From: an uncultured bacterium
GTDB lineage: Bacteria; Hydrothermota; Hydrothermia; B15-G9; WFZT01
Length of the DNA stretch: 64,000 bases
Reading direction: 5' to 3'
Assembly (NCBI GenBank): GCA_964571845.1
Contig: CAZNDM010000062.1
Span: 18,258-82,257, forward strand
This document shows positions 59,679-64,000 of the stretch, one piece after another. Each line of letters begins with the position of its first letter. Positions within the stretch are counted from its first letter, which is position 1. The notes under the pieces were generated by a model. That model was not told the DNA's origin. It saw only the letters and a list, made by a program, of their open reading frames with translations, and did not search any database. The translations under genes and the position numbers were made by a program.

Positions 59679-60523
59679 ATCTCAAGCTGGAGATTTATTG
59701 TTTTTAAAGTGCCAAAACCCCTGTCAATGGGCCTGATACCTGCAACCACATTGACGATGGATTTTTTGAATCCAATCCAGATTACGAGAGGCGATACATC
59801 GTTACCCGTTTCATAACCGGCTCCGTAGTTAAAGTATTTAAAAGAATGTGACACCTGTATGAAATTTCTCACATCTCCATTCGTCAAGCTCTGGAAAGCC
59901 CCTTCGTAGGTCAAAACTTTGGAAAAATTCCAGTCAATTCGAAAATTTCTGAAGGTGTAAGTCAGTCCCATACTCCCGAGAATGGGGGCTCTGTATTCAT
60001 TGTAAATGAAGCCCTTTTTAAATCCGATATTTTCGAAGGAGACACCTACTCTGAGATTTTTGATCCTCTCAGGTGTGTATAGCAATCCAACAGATGTGTA
60101 AAATCCACCTGTACTGTTGTTCAAAATTGTCTGATGGAAGTACTGAAGCATGATACCAAGCTTCAGTTCGGGATCAACCTGAAAACTCCTGCCAAACTTG
60201 ATCTCGTAAGCGTAAGGGGAAAACAGGACTTCAGTGTAATCGTCGGGAGTCAGGTCCTGATATTCCAGATCGCCGAACCTATAATAACTGACAGAAAATC
60301 CGTAGTTGTTCCAGTTGAACTGGAATGTCGAGATGCCTGCGTCGGCAATCCAGTCAGTGGATGCGAAAAGAAAAGATCTACCACTACTTAAACCAGCAGG
60401 ATTTCTATTTACAGCGGCAATTCCTGTATCAGACGCCACAGGTACTGTAAAAAATGGCTCCGTATTCAGAAAGTCAAAGCTTGGCTGAACATTGATAATG
60501 GCTGCCAGAATAAAGGCTATCAT
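59675..60523 (-). CDS. Putative outer-membrane beta-barrel protein (family unassigned)
   Basis: A signal-like N-terminus (MIAFILAAIINVQP) is followed by Gly/Tyr/Phe/Asn-rich alternating strands over 282 aa. The gene overlaps accA by 4 bp and lies 9 bp from parB. Confidence 0.4.
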   Translation of the reverse strand: MIAFILAAIINVQPSFDFLNTEPFFTVPVASDTGIAAVNRNPAGLSSGRSFLFASTDWIADAGISTFQFNWNNYGFSVSYYRFGDLEYQDLTPDDYTEVLFSPYAYEIKFGRSFQVDPELKLGIMLQYFHQTILNNSTGGFYTSVGLLYTPERIKNLRVGVSFENIGFKKGFIYNEYRAPILGSMGLTYTFRNFRIDWNFSKVLTYEGAFQSLTNGDVRNFIQVSHSFKYFNYGAGYETGNDVSPLVIWIGFKKSIVNVVAGIRPIDRGFGTLKTINLQLEI

Positions 60524-60531
60524 CGAACCTC

Positions 60532-61377
60532 CTAAAATTCTATTTCCTCACCTACAAGCTCTGAAAGAAACCTTCTTAACTCCTCTTTGTTTTTGAATTC
60601 TATTGTTAGCTTGCTCTTACCTTTTGGGTTGAAGTTTACCCTCACCCTGTACTTGAGCCTGTCTGTCAGGAATTTTGAAATGATACGGGAAATTTCCAGA
60701 TCTTTTGAGTGTCTTTTCTCATCCTGACTTTTCTGCCTTTTAACAAGATCCTCCACCTGTCTGGCATTCAATCCCTTTTCAACGATGGCCTTTGCAATTT
60801 TTATCTGAGTTTCATCAGGTAAACCCACAAGTGGTCTTGCCTGCCCTTCGGTTATCTTCCCCTGGAGGATGAGATCCTGAACAAACTCGTGGAGCTGGAG
60901 CAATCTTAGAGTGTTGGCGACTGCAGATCTGCTTCTTCCGATCTTCTTAGCGATTTCATCCTGAGTCAGGCCAAATTTTTCTCGCAGGAGCTGATATCCC
61001 CGCGCGAGCTCAATGGGATTCAGGTCCTTCCTATCAAGGTTTTCCACAAGTGCAATTTCAAGTGCCCCGTTGTCGTCAATATCAATAACTCTTGCAGGAA
61101 TTCTGTCCAGTCCTGCTACTTTCGCTGCTCTCCATCTCCTTTCCCCCGCTATCAACTGGTACTTCCCATCGATTTTTCTCAGTATAACTGGTTGAAGTAC
61201 CCCTCTCTTTTTTATAGACTCTGCGAGTGACTGGATTTCCTCCTCCGAGAATGTAATTCTTGGTTGAAATGGACTCGGCTCTATTTCGTTAATATCAACA
61301 AGTATTATTTCTTCCGTGTTAACAATCTCATTTGATATTAGGGCGTCGAGCCCTCTACCCAGTACTTTCTTTCCCAT
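60532..61377 (-). CDS. parB: Chromosome partitioning protein ParB (Spo0J)
   Basis: The ParB box GERRWRAAKVAGL, the GRGLDALIS N-terminus and an HTH (…TQDEIAKKIGRSRSAVANTLRLL) are present. Confidence 0.9.
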   Translation of the reverse strand: MGKKVLGRGLDALISNEIVNTEEIILVDINEIEPSPFQPRITFSEEEIQSLAESIKKRGVLQPVILRKIDGKYQLIAGERRWRAAKVAGLDRIPARVIDIDDNGALEIALVENLDRKDLNPIELARGYQLLREKFGLTQDEIAKKIGRSRSAVANTLRLLQLHEFVQDLILQGKITEGQARPLVGLPDETQIKIAKAIVEKGLNARQVEDLVKRQKSQDEKRHSKDLEISRIISKFLTDRLKYRVRVNFNPKGKSKLTIEFKNKEELRRFLSELVGEEIEF

Positions 61378-62122
61378 TTAAAAACTCCTTTGCTAATTCG
61401 AGATAATCCCTGGCGCCCTGTGATGTGGGAGCATAGGCACCAACGGGGCGACCAAAACTCGGAGATTCCGCAATTCTGACACTTCTGTGGATCACACTCC
61501 TGTAAACTTTTTTATCAAAAAATCGCCTCACTTCCTGTTCAACCTGGCTCGACAGATTCAGCCTCCTGTCATACATGGTAAGGAGAAAACCTTCGATCTT
61601 CAGATCAGGGTTGTACGCCTGTTTAATCTTCTTGAGTGTCCTGAGGAGCTGACCGAGACCTTCGAGTGCATAGTATTCACATTGAACAGGTATGAGAACA
61701 CTCCTTGCAGCAGTAAGGGCAACAACTGTGAGAAGGCCGAGTGAAGGAGGAGTGTCTATAAAGACGAAACTATAACCCTCAAGATCTTTTAGTTTTTTCT
61801 TGAGAGTCAAATGCCAGTTCTCACGCTCCCTGAGCTCCACATCCGCGCCCACAAGATCCGTCGTGGATGGAACAAGGTACAGGTTTTCGTATGGAGTTTT
61901 GATGGTGGCTTCATCGATCGATACATCTGGATCTATAAGCACATCATAGATGGTTAACTCCGGTTTTTCAGTAATTCCCAGTCCACTTGTGGCGTTTGCC
62001 TGAGGATCAATATCAATGACGAGAACCCTTTCACCAAGTCCTGCAAGGTAGTAAGACAGGTTGATTGCTGTGGTCGTTTTTCCAACTCCACCCTTCTGGT
62101 TGGAAATGGAGACAATTTTCAT
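61355..62122 (-). CDS. parA: Chromosome partitioning ATPase ParA (Soj)
   Basis: MKIVSISNQKGGVGKTTTAINLS is the deviant Walker A motif. Met13 of the tracked ORF is used as the start. The gene overlaps parB. Confidence 0.9.
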   Translation of the reverse strand: MKIVSISNQKGGVGKTTTAINLSYYLAGLGERVLVIDIDPQANATSGLGITEKPELTIYDVLIDPDVSIDEATIKTPYENLYLVPSTTDLVGADVELRERENWHLTLKKKLKDLEGYSFVFIDTPPSLGLLTVVALTAARSVLIPVQCEYYALEGLGQLLRTLKKIKQAYNPDLKIEGFLLTMYDRRLNLSSQVEQEVRRFFDKKVYRSVIHRSVRIAESPSFGRPVGAYAPTSQGARDYLELAKEFLNGKESTG

Positions 62123-62154
62123 GGCAGGAATTATAAAGTGCACTATTTCCCTGT

Positions 62155-62742
62155 TCAACGGTTGATTGTTTCACGTGAAACAATCAGACAGGTATCCGCA
62201 TCAATAAAGGGGTTTCTCACTCTTCTGCTACATCCCTCATCTTTACTTGTTATGTAAATAAACTTACCCCCTGACTTCAAAATTCGCTCAGTTACATTAA
62301 AAATCCTCTCATACCCTGTACCCATGGAAACCACGGTATCAAATTTTTCATCAAGATCATCCCAAGACATGCACATAACCGTTACATTCTGCAATTTTAG
62401 AAGGGCAGAAATGTATTCGAGGAAAATACACTTTTTCCTGACTATCTCCACAAGTGTAAAGTCTTTCTCCGGAAGCACAATGGCGAGGGGGATCCCTGGA
62501 AATCCGCCGCCAGATCCAAGGTCAGCCACTCTCTTACCTTCAATTTCAGAAACGACGATAAGGGAATCGAATGTGAGGCCAAGAAGCCTCCTGTCATCAA
62601 TTCTCTTCGAGACAATTGTCGTCTTTTTTGACCATTTTTTCACCTCACTTAAAAAAGACTCCACCTTTGCGAGCTCATCCCTGCCCAGCTCCACGCCCTG
62701 TTTTCTGAGATAATGTCTCAGTTTTTCTATTGATGTTATCAT
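62155..62742 (-). CDS. rsmG: 16S rRNA (guanine527-N7)-methyltransferase
   Basis: The SAM motif LGSGGGFPGIPLAIV is present, the size is ~195 aa, and the gene lies upstream of parA as in the conserved rsmG-parA-parB arrangement. Confidence 0.85.
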   Translation of the reverse strand: MITSIEKLRHYLRKQGVELGRDELAKVESFLSEVKKWSKKTTIVSKRIDDRRLLGLTFDSLIVVSEIEGKRVADLGSGGGFPGIPLAIVLPEKDFTLVEIVRKKCIFLEYISALLKLQNVTVMCMSWDDLDEKFDTVVSMGTGYERIFNVTERILKSGGKFIYITSKDEGCSRRVRNPFIDADTCLIVSRETINR

Positions 62743-62778
62743 TGGTTGGCATTATAACTTATATCGGAGGTGAGAGAC

Positions 62779-64000
62779 AATGGATCTTTACGAAATGATT
62801 AAAACAAAACCCAAAACCGTAAAGGCTCCACGGGGGACCGAGCTCCATGCCAAAGACTGGCATGCCGAGGCTGCCATCAGAATGCTTATGAACAATGTTG
62901 ATCCCGAGGTGGCAGAAATTCCGGAAGAACTTATCGTTTATGGCGGCTCAGGAAAAGCAGCCCGTAACTGGGACGCCTTCTGGGCAATTATTAAAACCCT
63001 TCTCGAAATCGAACCAGATGAGACCCTCCTGGTGCAGTCAGGTAAACCCGTGGGAGTCTTTAAAACCCACGAATGGGCTCCAAGGGTGATCATTGCTAAC
63101 TCAAATCTTGTCCCAAAATGGGCAGACTGGGATTACTTCCATAAACTCGAAAAAATGGGCCTCATTATGTACGGTCAAATGACCGCAGGCTCCTGGATAT
63201 ACATTGGAACTCAGGGAATTCTTCAGGGCACCTATGAAACATTCGCCGCAGCAGGCAGAAAAAGATTTGGAGTCAACGACCTCAGAGGCAAACTCATCGT
63301 CTCCGGTGGCTGCGGCGGTATGAGTGGAGCCCAGCCCCTTGCCGCAACAATGAATAACGCCACCTATCTCGCCGCTGAAGTGGTTGAAGAAAGAGCAAAA
63401 AAGAGACTGAGAACCCGTTACCTCGATGAAATTGAGCACAACCTCGATGCTGCAATAGACCGTGCAATTGAATACAAGGAAAAAGGAATAGCTCGAAGTA
63501 TCGTCTGGATCGGAAATGTCGTAACTCTCCTTGAAAGACTTGTAGAAAGGGGAATAACTCCGGACCTCCTCACCGATCAAACTTCAGCACACGACCCACT
63601 CAATGGCTACATCCCCGAAGGTCTCTCCTATCAGGAGGCTGTTGAACTGAGAGAAAAGGATCCTGACGAATACCTGAGAAGATCATATAAAACGATGGCA
63701 AAACATGTCCGTCTGATGATAGAACTGCAGAAGAGGGGAGCTGAAACATTCGATTATGGTAATAATCTCAGAGGAAATGCCCTCGCAGGCGGTTTCATAA
63801 GCGAAGAAGAGATAAAGAATCCCGACGGTTCGTGGAAGTATCCTGGATTCGTCCCTGCCTATATCAGACCCCTGTTCTGCGAAGGACAGGGACCATTCAG
63901 ATGGGCTGCTCTATCCGGCGATCCTGAAGACATATACACAATTGATGAGGAGCTCATCAAACTCTTCCCGGAGAAAGAACACATGGTCAGATGGATCAAA
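62779..64000 (+). CDS. hutU: Urocanate hydratase (3'-truncated by the window end)
   Basis: The ATG at 62779 follows a GGAGGTGAGAGACA RBS. The translation [67 protein letters not shown]...[16 protein letters not shown]... is canonical urocanase. The frame is open to the last base, so the gene is absent from the ORF track. Confidence 0.9.

Overview
This is a 64-kb chromosomal segment of a Gram-negative bacterium, most likely from the Fibrobacteres-Chlorobi-Bacteroidetes (FCB) superphylum. The lineage assignment rests on two large subtilisin (S8) proteases that end in type IX secretion system (T9SS) C-terminal sorting domains, on several outer-membrane beta-barrel genes, and on the LPS-heptose epimerase gene hldD. 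The sequence is AT-rich to mid-GC and is punctuated by GC-rich perfect-palindrome hairpins that appear to act as terminators. Coding density is high, and the content is mostly housekeeping genes in short operons. From start to end these are:

- a cell-wall module (lytic transglycosylase, MerR-type regulator, uppP, M23 peptidase);
- tRNA-Gly(CCC) and guaA;
- a first T9SS-type S8 protease;
- an acyl-CoA dehydrogenase-plsY pair, followed by an acyl-CoA carboxyltransferase gene translationally coupled to a sigma-54 response regulator that has no adjacent histidine kinase;
- an EF-G paralog whose stop codon overlaps a DUF89 phosphatase gene;
- a tdh-kbl threonine-catabolism operon;
- an outer-membrane protein (OMP)/lipoprotein pair;
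- a regulator with tetratricopeptide repeats (TPR) and a C-terminal module like Streptomyces antibiotic regulatory proteins (SARP);
- nnr, and a second, larger T9SS-type S8 protease;
- a tightly packed eight-gene envelope operon: an FN3-domain membrane protein, three uncharacterised membrane proteins, lspA, two predicted OMPs and smpB;
- an M3 oligopeptidase;
- argC-argB-argG, a type IV pilin, and recF-DUF721-gyrB with hutI overlapping the gyrB stop;
- a lipoprotein and rlmD;
- a serine-palmitoyltransferase-like oxoamine synthase next to a rubrerythrin-like protein;
- sucD, a GH114-like lipoprotein, hldD, and accA-OMP-parB-parA-rsmG;
- the 5' part of hutU, running off the end of the window.

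No IS elements, prophage genes, CRISPR arrays or rRNA were seen.

Two things stand out. The first is a previously undescribed-looking composite repeat of about 420-570 bp, present in three copies at about 21.1, 41.8 and 53.0 kb. Each copy has a conserved 5' arm, an internal array of 31-36-bp tandem units that each carry a CTCCCGC-N3-GCGGGAG mini-hairpin, and a conserved 3' arm of about 250 bp. No reading frame is conserved across all three copies. The second is the eight-gene envelope operon, whose first four products have no family I can recognise apart from the FN3 domain.
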